Origin: the human T2T-CHM13v2.0 reference genome, Homo sapiens
NCBI RefSeq assembly: GCF_009914755.1
Contig: NC_060934.1
DNA length: 64,000 bases
Reading direction: 5' to 3' (one strand)
Numbering within the stretch: position 1 is the stretch's first letter; every line of letters starts with the position of its first letter. Of this stretch, positions 32,986 to 56,317 are shown piece by piece. A program made the translations under genes and the position numbers. The notes under the pieces were generated by a model. The model saw only the letters and a program-made list of their open reading frames with translations, did not search any database and was not told where the DNA came from.

Positions 32986-34408
32986 TTGCTGGTAATAATG
33001 GCTGTCATTAGAAAGTGGAGAATTGCCAGTAGCCCTTCGGATGTGTTGTTTAATGAGCTTTCTCTTGAGCGGTTCTCCCAGCTTCAGTGGAAATGAGAAA
33101 TGTGAGGAAAGGTCACAGGCAGGAGGCCCCAGTAGCAGGAAGCAAGGTTTGAGACCAAAGATTGAAAGAGGAAGTTGGGAGGAAACCTATTACTGCAGAA
33201 AGAGGCTGAGCTTGTAGCCAAAGAGAAAAGGAAATAAAAATCTAGAACACTGAATCGGTCTCTGGGTTTGCCACTCCCAACCTGTGTGACCTTGGAGAAG
33301 CCACTTAACTTCTGAGCCTCCATTTCCTCATGGGTAAAATGGCCATGGTAATCCCTGCCCCACCTGCCTCACCAGGCTATCATCAGGATCAAATGAGAGT
33401 CTTTGGAAACTGCAAACCACCGTGAGTTATGGTGCGTCATCGTCATCCTCATCAGTCTTATGATATAATAACTGGCTTTGGAAGAATTCCTTGGGAAAGT
33501 CTTTCCTAACCAATGGAGCCAGTCCAAGGACCGCACCCAGCAGGCCTGAATGTGTAAGCCGAGCCCCTGCAGGAAGGATGCAGAGTTTTTCAGGATTCGC
33601 TGGCATCTCTGTGATGTTACAGGGGAAGGAGGCAGAGAAAAGGGGCAAGCCAAGGCAGGCTGTCTCACCCCCAACCCCTGAGCTAGCCACATAAAATGTG
33701 GGTGAGACCACAGGCTACAGCTCCAGTACCTCTGCAAGGGGGTGACTGGACACGACAGCTCTGAATCAGGGAGCCAACCCGAGGTAAAAGGGACTGATAG
33801 GTCCCTTTTGTTATGGAGGGCAAGTGGGTATTTGGGGGATTCATTTCCTGACAAAGAATATTGAACTAACCTGGAAACCTTCTGGTTGTAGCTGAAGGAA
33901 ATCTGACTCAAATTTGTTTAAGAAAAAAAGAGAATTCTAGTTTCCTATAACTGGGAAGTCTCGCTGTGAGTTGACTTCTGTATCTAGGGATTCATCTGTC
34001 TCTTACTAGTTCAGTCAGCTCCTTTCCTGTGTGTTGGCTTCATTCATAGGCCATCTCTCCTCTTACAGTGGCAGGGACGGCCCCTGCAGCCCTAGGCTGA
34101 CCCCTCCCCTTATAGCCAGCGATCTCTGTGCAAAGAGCAGGCCTTGCTCCCCATGGACCTGTGATGGTCTTGGAGAGGGCTGTGATTGGCTTACTTGGGT
34201 TATGTGCCCATCCTGAACCAATCACGATGGACAAGATGGGTGACTTGGGATGCCCCTGGATCCCATGCCTGGATTACGCATTGGTACCCCTGGAGCTGGA
34301 GTGGGGATTCAGCCCCACTTCCAACCTCATAGGTGAAAAATGGGAGGGTAGTTATCTAAAGAGATGCTGGACATCCAGGAAAGTTTATCAGTTATCTTGT
34401 TGTCCTTA

Positions 34409-35608
<1,200 letters not shown>

Positions 35609-36014
35609 TCATGGAAGTTGAAGAGCCCCAGAAAAGAAGTGTAGCCATTCCTGATGTGCTGAAGTCTCTCTCTGGCCCCCACTTTCCTTGGGGATCCTTG
35701 TCCCTGAGTTCTGTCCAGGAGGCAGTTTTCATGGTTATACATTATGGCTTCGGATTCAAATGCTGACTCTGCCACTTACTGGTTGTGCGTTTGGGCAAGT
35801 TATCTAACCCCTCTTTACCTTTACTTGCTCATCTGTAGAATGGGCATCCTGACAGTACTGACTTCATAGGGTTGTGAAGATTGAAAATAAAAGGATACGT
35901 ATAAGCACTTAGTGATTGGTACAGAAAGACTCAGTGAATGTTAGCTGATGGATGGTCAAATAAAATGTTTCTGATATTCTAGTGACTCACCTGCGAGGAG
36001 CTACTTCATACTGA

Positions 36015-36348
<334 letters not shown>

Positions 36349-36544
36349 TAACCTAGTGGTGGTGTAAAGTACTGTTGGAGTTAGGACTCCAATGGGAGCC
36401 CAAAGAAAATTCTATATTGATTTGAACAATGCCACAAAGTCGGGGTCAGAATTTCCACCAAATCTATGACACCTGCTTCCCAGCATTCTCCCTTGTTCTC
36501 TCTCTTTCCTTTGGACCACAAATAATTTAAAACCAGTGGCTTCA

Positions 36545-36960
36545 TGTGATATATACATATAATGGAATATAATCGGTTCATAAAAAGGAATGAGGTACTG
36601 ATCCACGCTACAGCATGGATGAGCCTTGAAAACCTTATGCCGGGTGAAAGAAGCCAGACACAAAGGACCTAATATTATACAATTCCACTTATATGAAATG
36701 TCTGGAATAGGGGCATCTGTAGAGCAGAAAGTACATTAGTGGTTGCTGGGAGATAGGGAGGTTGGGAGGAAATGGTGAATGGTTGTTAATGGGTATGGAA
36801 TTTCTTTTGGGATGATGAAAATTTTCTAAAATTAGATAGTGGTGATGGTTGCACAACTCTGTAAATATGCTGAAAACCACTGAATTTTTCACTTTAAAAT
36901 GGGTAAAAATTGTATGCTATATTATTATATCTCAATAAAACTGTTATTAAAAAAACAACC
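36545..36960 (+). mobile_element. L1MB-like 3' end, sense
   Basis: ATGGAATAT...AAGCCAGACACAAAGG...GGTGATGGTTGCACAAC...CTCAATAAA. Confidence 0.85.
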
Positions 36961-36968
36961 AACCAATA

Positions 36969-38268
36969 TGTGAAATAATAAGAAATATACATGTTGGTCT
37001 CTGCCCCTAGTCTCTAGCATTTAGCTTCTAAAACCCTTGTAATTTCTTGAGCAATACAGGTGCTAGGAGAATCTTTGATCCTGGTCCTGACTCAGAGCTC
37101 CTAAATCCCTTGGAATTTCTTGGGTGATAGGAGAGTCTCTTTTGTTCCTTGGTGGGACCCTGGATAGCCTCAGGATGGGGGGCTGGTTGCCAGGGGGAAC
37201 CAACCATGTGATCAGAGGGTTGCTGTCAGCCCCAACCCCCATGCCGCCTCCAGGGAGGGAGAGAGCCTGAAAATAGAGCGAATAAACCAATGGTCGATGA
37301 TTTAATCAATCGCAACTGTGTAATGGTGCTTCCACAAAAACCTAAAACAGGCCAGGTATGATGGCTCACGCCTGTAATCCCAGCATTTTGGGAGGCCCAG
37401 GTGGGTGGATCGCTTGAGCCTAAGAGTTTGAGACTAGCTTGGGCAACATGGTAAAACCCTGTCACTACACAAAATACAAAAAAAAGTTAGCCAGATGTGG
37501 TGGCACGTGCCGGTAGTTCCAGCTACTCGGGAGGTTGAGGTGGGAGGATCGCTTGGGCTCTGGAGGTTGAGGCTGCAGTAAGCTGTGATCATGCAACTGC
37601 ACTGCACTCCAGCCTGGGTGACAGAGTGTGACCCTGACTCAAAGAACAAACAAACAAAACCAAAAAAAAAAAAAAAAAGCAAAAAGAAGAAAACCTAGAA
37701 TGACTGAGTTCTGGTAGCTTCTGTCTAGCTGAACACATGGAGGTTCCTGGGTGGCACATCTGGAGGGGGCATGGAAACTCCTGCCCTTTCTCCCATGCCC
37801 CTCCCTGTGTATCTCTTCCATCCAGTTCTTCATCTGTATTTATTGTAATATCCTTTATAGTAAATATGTAAATGTAAGTGAAGTGTTTTTTCTGGGTCTG
37901 TGAGCTGCCGTAGCAAACTAATGCAACCCAAGGAGGGGGTTGTAGGAACCCCGATTTATAGTGATCAGCCAGAAGCACAGGCCACAACCTGTGCTTGTGA
38001 CTGGTGTCTGAAGTTGGAGGGAGGGCAGCCTCGTGTGAACGAGCCCTCGACCTGTGGGATATGATGCTATCTCCAGGTAGCTAGTGAAATAATTGAATTG
38101 AATTAGAGAGCATGGAGCTGGTGTTCACTGGAGAATTCACTGCAGAATTACTTGCTTGGTGTGTGGGGAAAAACCCACATGCATCCAGGGTCACAGGTGT
38201 GTTCTGTGTTGTGGTGAGTAGAGAAAAGGAAAAACATACTCTGGTTTTTCCTCTGTGTGTGTCTCACA
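36969..38268. mobile_element. MER21-family LTR with inserted sense AluJ (37350-37690)
   Basis: Starts TGTGAAATAATAAGAAATATAC...GGTCTCTGCCCC; repeated CAGAGCTCCTAAA motif; ends CACA. Confidence 0.75.
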
Positions 38269-38314
38269 TGATGGCGTAACTGCTTTGTGCTTAATAAACA
38301 GCAAGCAGGGGTGC

Positions 38315-38685
38315 TGTATTAGTCCGTTTTCATACTGTTAAAAAGAACTGCCTAAGACTGGGTAATTTATAAAGGAAAGAAGTTTAGTTGACTCACAGTT
38401 CAGCATGGCTGGGGAGGCCTCAGGAAACTTACAATCATGGTGGAAGGAGAAAAGGCATCTTCCTCACAAAGCGGCAGGAAGGAGAAGTGCTGAGCGAAGG
38501 GGGAAGAGCTCCTTATAAAACCATAAGGTCTCATGAGAACCCACTCACTATCACGAGAACAGCATGGGGGGAACCACCTCCATGATTCAGTTACCTCCAC
38601 CTGGTCTCTTTCTTGATATGTGGGCATTGTGGGGGTTACAACTCAAGATGAGATTTGGGTGGGGACACAAAGCCTAACCATATCA
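38315..38685 (-). mobile_element. THE1D-like MaLR solo LTR
   Basis: TGTATTAGTCC...CCTAACCATATCA with 5-bp TSD GGTGC on both sides. Confidence 0.88.
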
Positions 38686-38828
38686 GGTGCCTTGAATGAA
38701 TGAATGGACCACCAGTCCCTGTGACCAGGCAGCTAATGAGCATTTGCTGAGCTGTCCTGGGTGCCAAGGACAGAGAATCCCAAGTTGTGGTCTTTCCCTC
38801 AAGGAACTTGAGAACGAAGATAGGAACA

Positions 38829-39152
<324 letters not shown>

Positions 39153-39361
39153 TCAATGTGAGAATTCCTTGGTTTGTTGTTTATTTCTTTATACCTTCAT
39201 TAATTCCACAAGTATTTGCTCAGTTTTTACCTACATTCCAAACACCATTGTAAGTTCCAGAAATATAGCAGTGTGTCAGGGCTTATAGCTTGGTAGAATC
39301 AAATACAAAGATAAGTCAGCTTTATTGTTAAAAACAGAAAGCAAACCTTATTTTGTGTTGA

Positions 39362-42070
<2,709 letters not shown>

Positions 42071-42435
42071 GATATAATGATAAAGATCTTTCCCTGCCTA
42101 GGAAAATGATATGCCCCAAAGCAGTCTAGTATTTACTGCCATAGGATTGAGAGCTTGGTGGATCATGTGCTGTGGAAGGCAGGGGTGGCCGTCACCCCTG
42201 GCGTGGTAGATATTAGGACAGTGGGGATGTCACCTTAGCATCACGAGTGAAACATATCTTAACTGATTTTTCTGGGAGCATCGTGAGGATAACTAATGAG
42301 ATGAAGGGTAGAGAATGTTTGGCTGTGGCTTAATGGTTGGAACTTTGCCCATGGCCGCCTGCCTTTGCTGTCCGATGGTCTCAGCCTACAGTCCTGCTCT
42401 GCCCCCTGAGGCCCACCCCAGTGCTGCACATGTCA

Positions 42436-43460
<1,025 letters not shown>

Positions 43461-43935
43461 CAACCCTGAGGAGTAAGCAGAACCCTGGAATAATTGATGT
43501 CAGAGCTGACATGCAGAGACCCAGGGCAGGCACTGGGTGGACCTCAGATGTAGGGCTTTGTCTGAGTTGAAATGCGGTGTGATTTTTTATTTCTGCATAG
43601 CAGTGCTGTTTTTGAAATAGGTTAAGAAACTAGAGAAACATGGGGTGGGAATTTGTACTTAATTCAGTACTTCCATTCCCCTATAGTCAGAAGTAAGAGA
43701 CTGGGATTGCTTGAAGCTATTTCTGTCTAAGGACTCTGGGGTAGGATAGGGTTTCTTTTGCCTACTCTGCGTATATGGCAGTGGTTGGATGAAGTTTGCA
43801 TGATTGCTGCTTTCTGGCTGATAACAGCATGTGGCAGGGGGAGGCAGACAGGGCCTACGCCCTGCCAGGAAGCGGGCATGGTATGTGGCTTCCCCTTAAC
43901 ATTTGAATCTCATGTGATACCTGTTGTCTCCCTAA

Positions 43936-44250
<315 letters not shown>

Positions 44251-45850
44251 TGACAGCCTGCATGGGGGCCCTGCTTAAACAGAGGCTCTCCGTCTGGGCA
44301 AACTGGTGTAGTGGAAGTGGGCTGCTTGGACTAGCAGAGTCTGGGTTTGAGGAGGGAGGCTCCGCAGCTCTGTTGGGTAAATGCACTCATTCCCTGTGGA
44401 TCCTGGGGTCGGTTCCCCAGTGCAGGTTTAGCAGAGCCCTGGGTGAAAATGCCCTTTTCTCCTGGTCATTGGCCTCACCCACTTACTGGAGGCCCCGGCC
44501 TTGTAGGGTATGGCTGTGGCCTTGTCGGGCAGGAATGAGGTCTCACAGCTCTGGGCTATTTGGGGGCTTCTTGTTACCTGATTTAGAATACCATTGCACA
44601 AGCCCTTGGCACAGAAAGCAGAGGAAGCAGGGAAATCACGGTCCCCTCCTTTTACACTCCTGTTGGGGCTCCCCACGCTGGGCCCCCAGGAAGGGCTGCC
44701 CTTCCTCCCTGCCCAAGGGGCTGTGGGCATGCCTAGGAAGGGCCTGTCCACCTGCCCCCTCCTCTCTGGGTGCGGGGAGTGGTGGGTCTGTAGCTCACTG
44801 AGGACCCTGTGATCAGGGCTCAGGCAGCCCACTGCAGGTTTTCAGTCATTTCTGGGTCCCTAAGCCCGTCGTGGGGCAAGGTGCACTCCTCCTCTCTCCT
44901 GTAGACATTCTGGCTCCTCCAGTCTGGCTCGCCTCCTGAGTTGTGGCTGCTGTCCAGCATATGTACTCAGAGCTGGCCAAATGTTTGCTTTAAGGAGGGT
45001 GTGCTCACCGCAAGGTTCATGACTAAGATTTCCAGGGAACTCTGGTTCTGGGGTGGACTTCGAGATGAGACCCAGGAGCCTTCTCTTGACTCTACTGTGC
45101 TCTTAAGTTCTTGTGGGTGGGACCTGGAGCAAGCCACCAAGCCTTTTCTTTGTCCAAGAGACAAGGGCTAATCCTGGCTAACCTGCTCCCTGGGATTTGG
45201 GTTCAGAGCCCTTCAGATTATGTCACAGTGAGTGTCACAGGTGACACTGTCACTAGAGCAGGTGAGCCACTTTATAGTAGGCCACCAAAGCTGGGTGCAT
45301 CACTACTGGATGGCCCTGCCCAAGGGCTCCCCTGCTACTCCCATTACTGGGGCTGCAGAGACTGGCCCATCCATCTGGCGCCTGCACAAAGGCTGCCAGC
45401 TGGTAGGTCTCTTGACCATGCCCAGTTGGCTGCTGCATTGCTTCTCCTTGCAGGTGGCCAGCAGCCCATGGTTTGGCATCCTGCACTTTCTGTTTGGAAC
45501 ACACACTGGCCTATCACTCTGTTTCCCAAGGTCCTTGGGTTGAGCTACCTAAGCCTGGCGCATTCAACACTGAGACTCACCCTGTGCTGCAAACATTCCC
45601 TGTGTGTTTTACAAACATTCCCTGTGTGTTTTGGCTTGACCTTTTAGGAGCAAGGTTTGTTAATTAAGGGAGTACCCTCACCTTCTTACCACTGCCCTCT
45701 TCGTCTCTCCCAGCCTCTATCCCCATCGTCCCCTCTTCTCAGTCCTAGAATCACTTTATTTCCTACTGTCTCTGTTTCTTCCTCTCCTCCTTTTAAGCAG
45801 CCTGAAAAGAGGATGATGACGATAATCATGATAATGTAGTACCATTATAG

Positions 45851-47721
<1,871 letters not shown>

Positions 47722-47924
47722 CTGGTTATATTTTAGAGATGAAGGGAATTATTAGAGAGATCCAAAAAGATTACCTTAGAGGTGTTGAGCCTCTCCTCAT
47801 GGGCAGTATTCATGTAGAAGCTAGGGACCCAGTGTTCCAGGCTCTTTCTAGCAGATTCCTAAGATATGTATGTACCTGATAAGTCATAGATAACATGTTA
47901 TAGCACAGGCAAGCTTAAGCTACA

Positions 47925-48335
47925 GTGCGGTAGATAAATTGTGGTATATTCATACCAAGGAATACTGTGCGGCAATGAGAATGAACAGTTGTCAAAGACA
48001 ACTCCGTGGATGACTGTCATCCACATGGTGTCGAGTGAAAGAACACAGACACCAAAGAGCACACACGGTCTCATTTCCCTTTAGACACACCAAACAAACA
48101 GGCAGATGTAACTGAGGGTGATAGACGTCGGGGTGGCTGGCAGTTGCCCTTGGGCTGGGTGGTAGCGGTAGTGACTGCAGGGGCAGAAGGGGGCATATTA
48201 CAGGTGTTTCTCCATCTCGTGTTTCTCCATCTGGGTGCTGGTTACATGGATAGCTGCAGCTTGTGAGAATCCAGTGAACTCTGCACTTAGGATGTGTGTA
48301 CTTTTTGGGGTATGCATAAGACACTTCAGTAAAAA
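47925..48335 (+). mobile_element. L1ME-like 3' end
   Basis: GATAAATTGTGGTATATTCATAC...CTGGGTGCTGGTTACATGG typical of old L1 3'UTRs. Confidence 0.7.
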
Positions 48336-48825
48336 GTAACATTATGACAGTCTGAATTGTTAAGTCACTCCAGTGGGCTAGAGGCTGTGGAATTGCCCTC
48401 AGAGTTTCTGAAATTTTCAGAGAGCGTGGCGTCGGGCGGGGCGGGAAGGCCACTCCACCTGGTGGCTGGTGGAGATCCGTGACCTGTGTGTTATGAAGGC
48501 ATAGCTGGTTTTCTATTATTTTTCCATTTTTCTCAGTACCCAGATGTTGCATATTAGTGACCACTGAGAGGCCAGTTCTGTTGAAGGCTTTGAATTGCTT
48601 CTTAAGAGCTGTACTTGCCCACAGGGTAGCTTTTGAAAAGTGACTCTTCTCTGCATTCACACACAGCATGGCTTTTCAGACAGGGCCACCAGGTCCCAGG
48701 AGTACGAGCACTTTGTTTGGGTAGATGTATTCCTTTCTGTGTGTGTGGGAGGGAATGGTTTATATTTTTCTATGAAATGCTAAGCCTGCTTTGGGGCCCC
48801 CTGACTGCTCTCATGTTTCCTTCAG

Positions 48826-48945
48826 CTTTTTGATCATGTTGCTGAGTGCCTGGGAGATTTCATGGAGAAAAGGAAGATCAAGGACAAGAAGTTACCTGTG
48901 GGATTCACGTTTTCTTTTCCTTGCCAACAATCCAAAATAGATGAG
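48826..48945 (+). CDS. HK1: HK1 exon 4 ([12 protein letters not shown]...[18 protein letters not shown])
   Basis: TTCAG acceptor; 120 nt; donor GAG|GTAAGG; hexokinase signature GFTFSFPC. Confidence 0.99.
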
Positions 48946-49637
48946 GTAAGGATGTTCTGGGATTATCGGGCTCTGCAGATGCCCCGGGATGGAAAAGCTA
49001 ACAAGCCCTTTTCTCCACAACTTTTCCCCTTTGTTGGCAGAATGGTTTGCATGTCTGGTATTTTTAAAGAAACATTTGCAGAAGTTAGTGTGGTATCATG
49101 ATATAGTGTTTACTTTTTCACTTAAACTTCAGTTATTTATGTATTTTTGGAGACAAATCAGGGTATTTTTGGCCACCAGGTAGACAGAAGCATTTATTAA
49201 TCTTAGGCAAGCAAAGGAAAATAAAGTAGTTTTAATGGTGGTGGAGAGAGGTGGGAAAGCTCTTTGCCAGAATTGCATGGTGTGATGTTTACCTGGAAAC
49301 TGCCCTGGTTACTGCGAATATGCTCAGGGCCCTGTCCCTCAGGTGCCAGGGCTGCCTCTCCATAGTGGAGCTGATCAGTGGCTCCAGCCCCAGGGATGCC
49401 CTTGGCGACCTCCGAGGTGACTTGTTGTACCCACCTTCCTGTTTGTCATCTATTTGTTTTTTCATTCGTTCATTCATTCAGCAAGGATGGACTGTGATGA
49501 TAACACTGAACTTCAGCACTGCAGGAATACAAAATAAATACATACAGCCTTGTTCTTTTTTTACATGGAAAGACAGAAACCACACACACCACAAACACAA
49601 ACCACCCATGAATAAACTTCTAATAATATGAATTCTG

Positions 49638-50173
<536 letters not shown>

Positions 50174-52425
50174 AGGCTCTGTTTTAATACATACTTCACA
50201 GGTATTGCACATAATCTTCAAGCATCTCTATGAGTTAAGTGCTTATGATTCCCACTTTACAGATGAGGAAACTGAGTCTCAGAGGGGCTAAGAACCTGTC
50301 CAAGGTCACCTAGCCAGGAAGATTCCATGCTCGTAACTGGTCTACTCTGCTGCAAGTTAGTAGCATTTGGGCTCAGGGCACCTTCCACACTTGCAGGGAG
50401 CACCCCTGGGTCCCTTTATGCCATTAGGGTAAGCGTCCTTTCCTGGGCACTGCTTCCTGTGGCTGGAACCCTTACATCTGTAAAATCTGTGGAATCAGCA
50501 AGAAGGGGCTTGAGAGCACAGCAGGCCAAGATGAGCGCAGAGGTCTCCCCAGGGTCACAGGGCTTATTAATGGCAGGCCTTGGACCAGGGTCCCAGGCCC
50601 CACCTCCCATCCAGTGCTCCACCCACCTCCAACATGTCTAAATGCCTCCGAGATGTTCTGTCTGACCTGTTATGCTTTCAGGAAGCTGTGGCCATATGTA
50701 GACTCTTAATCTGGTTCTGGTATCTGAGAACGCCCCTCCAAGGTGTTCAGATCAGTTTGGCCTCCACTGTGTCCTTCCAAACCCTTTGGCAAGGCCTGTT
50801 TTCAGTACAAGTTTCCCTTGGCTTTTGAGAACTGAGACATGACAGTCACTCCCCCTTCCCCTTCCCTTGTGAGAGGTGGGCCTGGAATGAAGAGACTTTG
50901 GTGGACTGCGTTTCACCGTTGTTTACATGTGCTCTCTGCAGCTATTGACTGAGTGCCATCCCTGTGCCAGGCATGGGCTAGGCCCTGGGAGAGAATGGCC
51001 AGAGTGTATTTATTTTGTATTCCTGCAGTGCTGAGGTTTAATGTTACTGTACAGTAGGTCCCGTAACAGCAGATGTAGCCTGTTCCCCATGAAGGTGCAG
51101 CCTTCTATGGACAGAAGTGTTGCAGGAGGTGGGAGGGAATGACTTCCTGGGCACGAGAGCCTGCAGGGTGGAGCAGACATGCCCAAGAGGGGGCATTGTG
51201 AACAGAGAAGGAGCCAGAGGTGGGGGGTGTCCACCTGCCAGCCTTCACCCCCTCTGGAGAATGCTTCCTAGGCTGGGCCAGGGTACTTGCTGTGGCGCCA
51301 GTGGAGCACAGACCCTCAATTTCCCATCCAGAGGCCTGTGCATGTTACCCCTTAGGGCTGGCTGAGAACTTCAAGATTGTCCACTTCTAGATCAGCTCCC
51401 TGTTTCTAGAGGAGCACAGTGAACCTCAGAGGAGTGAAGGGAACTGCCCAGCAGGAAATGGGCAGACAGTATGAAGTGGGACCAGGTCTCCAGATTGCCA
51501 GCCCCACCTTTGTCCCACAACACCTGGTTCTCTGAGGCTTTGGAGGAGGAAGAGGGCTGCTTGAGAGGAGGCAGATAGTGTCCAGGGCTTTTGCAGTTCC
51601 TGACTTAGCTTAGTTGCTGCTGAGCAAAGAACCACCAGTTCTCATCAAGGGCTGCCCTCCCTGGTGCATACTCCAGTCTGTGTGGCTCCCACCGTGAGCT
51701 GGGGCGGGGCCCATGTGCTCAGAATGCTATCCCTGAGCTACCTCTGCAGGCCTGCGGGGCCTGGACCGTGAATCTTCCAACCCTGCTGCATTTATAGTGA
51801 CTTGCCCCATTCAGAGTAAAACAGCCAAGTATAACAATTATTTTTCTGTTCTCATATCTTTTTAGTTTTTTTTTAAGAAAGCAAAAGCAATATGTAAAAC
51901 TATCAAAGTAAGATAAAATTATAGAATGTTTACCATTGGATGTCTATCCTTGATGTTTCTCTGCTAATATGCAAAGTGAAATAGGATCATACTGTGTAAA
52001 TAGGGGAGTCACCACTTACAAATGGCGGTTAAGTCCCAAAGCTGGTGAAGAGGCACAAATCATGTATAGTCCACATCATTCCCTAAATGTCTGGGACCTG
52101 GCTCTTAAAAGCTCAGCAGCCAAGAATTATCTTAGCATTTTGTTTCTTTTTCCAATTTGGCTCTGGCTTTCTTTTCCCAGGGCTGTGGAAGCCGGGGTCT
52201 GGTTGGGAAGTGGGGAAGGGGGCCAGGGATTTCTCTTGCTCCCTTTTAAAATAGGTCTGGCTGCGCAGTTGGCATCCAGTTAGATTGGCAAGCCATGTGG
52301 CATTACTGTCCCCACATCCACTTGCTTTCTTCTGGAGTGAACTGGATATTGTGAGCAGGTTTCTCCCCACCCTATCTTTGCCCCCAGAGAAGCCCATTGT
52401 GTGGATGATCGGGAGATGGAAATGA

Positions 52426-52767
<342 letters not shown>

Positions 52768-53258
52768 TAGTGCCAAAGCCTGAAGACCCAGGCAGGGGAG
52801 AGTTGAGGGCTCACAGTGTGGAATGATGAGGATGGGGATGGTGCAAAGCCCAGCTCTCGGAGGTGCTGCCTGGAGCACCCAGGCCTGGAGCAGGGGGTCA
52901 CCTCCTGACAGGAGTGCTGGGCTATTCAGGGAGTGGGTGTCACGGATGCAGCCTGCTGTGCTTAGAACAAGGGCAGAGGAGCCCGCCTTATCGGGGACGT
53001 GGACCTCCTGTGGAGGTTTGCAGAGGAATGTAGCTCCATGAGTAAAATCCCCACTACCCAAAGACTCTTAAGCCAGGTAATTAAGGAAACTGTGAGGTTT
53101 TCATCATTTAATCACCATGCTCTGATCTAGTTAATTTGAGTACCAGCTGTAATGAAACCAGTACCACTCACAAAAGCAGGGGTTCTGAAAACGGGAGCAC
53201 TTCTGCCAAGCGCTGTTAAGGTGTGTGATCTCTGCTCCCATGTGTGAGTGGACAATGA

Positions 53259-53668
<410 letters not shown>

Positions 53669-53755
53669 TGAGTCCTTGACTTTTGCTTCTAACCACATAT
53701 GTGAGTTAGGGGACATTTGATGAAAGATTTGGGATGGGAGATGAAAAGGGCATAA

Positions 53756-54080
<325 letters not shown>

Positions 54081-55980
54081 TAAAGCCCATCAAATTTGCA
54101 TTATTTGTTGCTCCTTGTTTGGTGAGATGCACAGCTGTAGAGTCTGTAGCTGAAAAGCACCTTTAAAATAATCTTCTCTTTGTTTAATTACACTATGATT
54201 GTGTCCTTGTAAAACATCATGAAAACAAAAAGCACAGAGGCATTGATGCATCTTGGTGTGGGGCTCACAATGAACCCATCTGATGGGGAATGCGGCCAGA
54301 GTTGAGCAGGTACTGGTGGTCAGGGGAGGAGATCAAGAGGTGAATGGGAGCCCAGGAGCTCAGTAGCCCCTGAAAAAAAAAAATCCTCAAATTATCCCCT
54401 GCTGCATGAAAATTAATAAATATGAATGGTTCAAAAATGCTTCCCCAACAAAGCACAGGAAAGTTAGTGTAAATGTAAGGTTTAAAAAATATCTCTATGC
54501 TGTAGTCACGAGTGTTGCTGTTCATGGTAAGAGAGGCCAACATGGTATGTGGGGCATCTAAGGGAGATGAGTGTCCATTCATTCATCACATATTTATTGA
54601 GCACTTACTATGTGCTGAGCTCTGTGCTAGGCTCTGAGGATCCAAAACAGCACCTTCCCTCCCAAGACTTACAATCTAGATGGGGAGGTAGGGCAGACAT
54701 GCAAATATCTGTTGTGCAGAGGAGTTGGGGTAAGAAGAGTATAAGTCATGTAGACGTTAGGGAGAATGGAGAAGCAACCTCCATTCTTACTATGGCAATC
54801 TCCGTATCTCCAATGTCAAGCATAAATAGACACACCAGAGTTGATAAAGAACAGAAGTAAGAGTGATATTATTCAGGTTAGAGTGGGTATTGCTTTCTCT
54901 GAGCCACTTATTTCCTGAAGTGCCTGCTCACATTTCTCTGTGATGCTGGCATGCTGCTAGCTCTCTCTGATCTACCCAGCCTCCCAGCAGCCTTATCCCA
55001 GAGTTGGATACTGTCAACCTACAGAGAGATGTTCACTGACTCTGTAGACCTAATAACCCTTATCCTGATGCTAGAGGGACAGGAATTTACTAGCCATATT
55101 GAAATGCATGACCCAAAAGATCTCAGTACTGCAGGGTGGACAGTTGGCCTTTCCACCTGAATTAATGGATTTTCATCAATGGCGAGCTCCCCACCAGTGG
55201 AGGTGGCAGCAGTGAATAAACTAGGTTTCTCAGTGAGGGAATTCCCAAGTTCTTACACCCAGAGTTGAGCATCACCATTGCAGGCTGAGACTGTGGTACC
55301 AGCTTGGTGACAAGGGACCCCAGTTCCAAAGCTCTGACAGTCAAAGGTTTTTTACCATACCCCCCCCCACCCCGCCCAATCCATTGACCCCACTGGCATG
55401 ACATGAACTTATTACTGTGCCTATTTGTATGTTTCACTGAATAGCCCTGAATGTGCTTGATGGCAGTGCTGCCTCAGGCACCTCTGGAGGTATTCTGTGA
55501 CACATGGCATGTATACCCTGTTGCATCTCTAAAATTCTCAAATCTCCACATTCCCAAGCACATGTGACCCCAAAGGGTTTCAGATAAGAGGTTATGTACC
55601 TGTAGTTACTATCAGTCACTTAATGAGAAGTCTCTTTTCTTAGAAGTGCAGGTGGGGCATGCCACTTGTGGTAACTCGACAGGTAATGCCCAGGCCCTTA
55701 TCCTTGGTTCCCAGTTTGGGAACCCTGCATGGCTTGGGTGTAAACTTGGATCTCTCTGCTGTCCATTGATGTTTGCCTGAAATTTTCCAAAGAGATGAAC
55801 TGTATCCCAAGGCTAAACTATAAACTGTGTTTACAGTTGGCTTGCAATAAATATTTTTGGGATGGATGGATGGATGGGTGGCTGATGATGGATGAGAGAT
55901 GAGTGGGTGGCTAAATGGGGGTACAGATGAGAAAGTGAAAGGTTGGGGCAAAATCTCTTTTCTTGAATATGTTTCTCAGT

Positions 55981-56317
55981 TGTATTAGTCTGTTTTCACA
56001 CTGCCTATAAAGACATACCCGTAACTGGGCAATTTACAAAAGAAAGAGGTTTAATAAACTTACAGTTCCATGTAGCTGGGGAAGCCTCATAATCATGGCA
56101 CAAGTCATGTCTTACATGGATGGCAGCAGGCAAAGAGAAATTGTGCAGGGGAACTCCTCTTTATAAAACCATCAGGTCTTGTGAGACTTATTCAATATCA
56201 CGAGAATTGCGTGGGAAAGACTTGCTTCCACGTTCAGTTATCTCCCACTGGGTCCCTCCCACTACAACATGGGAATTCAAGAAGAGATTTGGGTGGGGAC
56301 ACAGCCAAACCATATCA
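55981..56317 (-). mobile_element. THE1C-like MaLR solo LTR
   Basis: TGTATTAGTCTGTTTTCACACTG...ACAGCCAAACCATATCA. Confidence 0.87.

Noticed and set aside
47992-48669. 225-aa minus-strand ORF
   Set aside because: Non-ATG start, about half lies in an old L1 3'UTR, no protein-like features.
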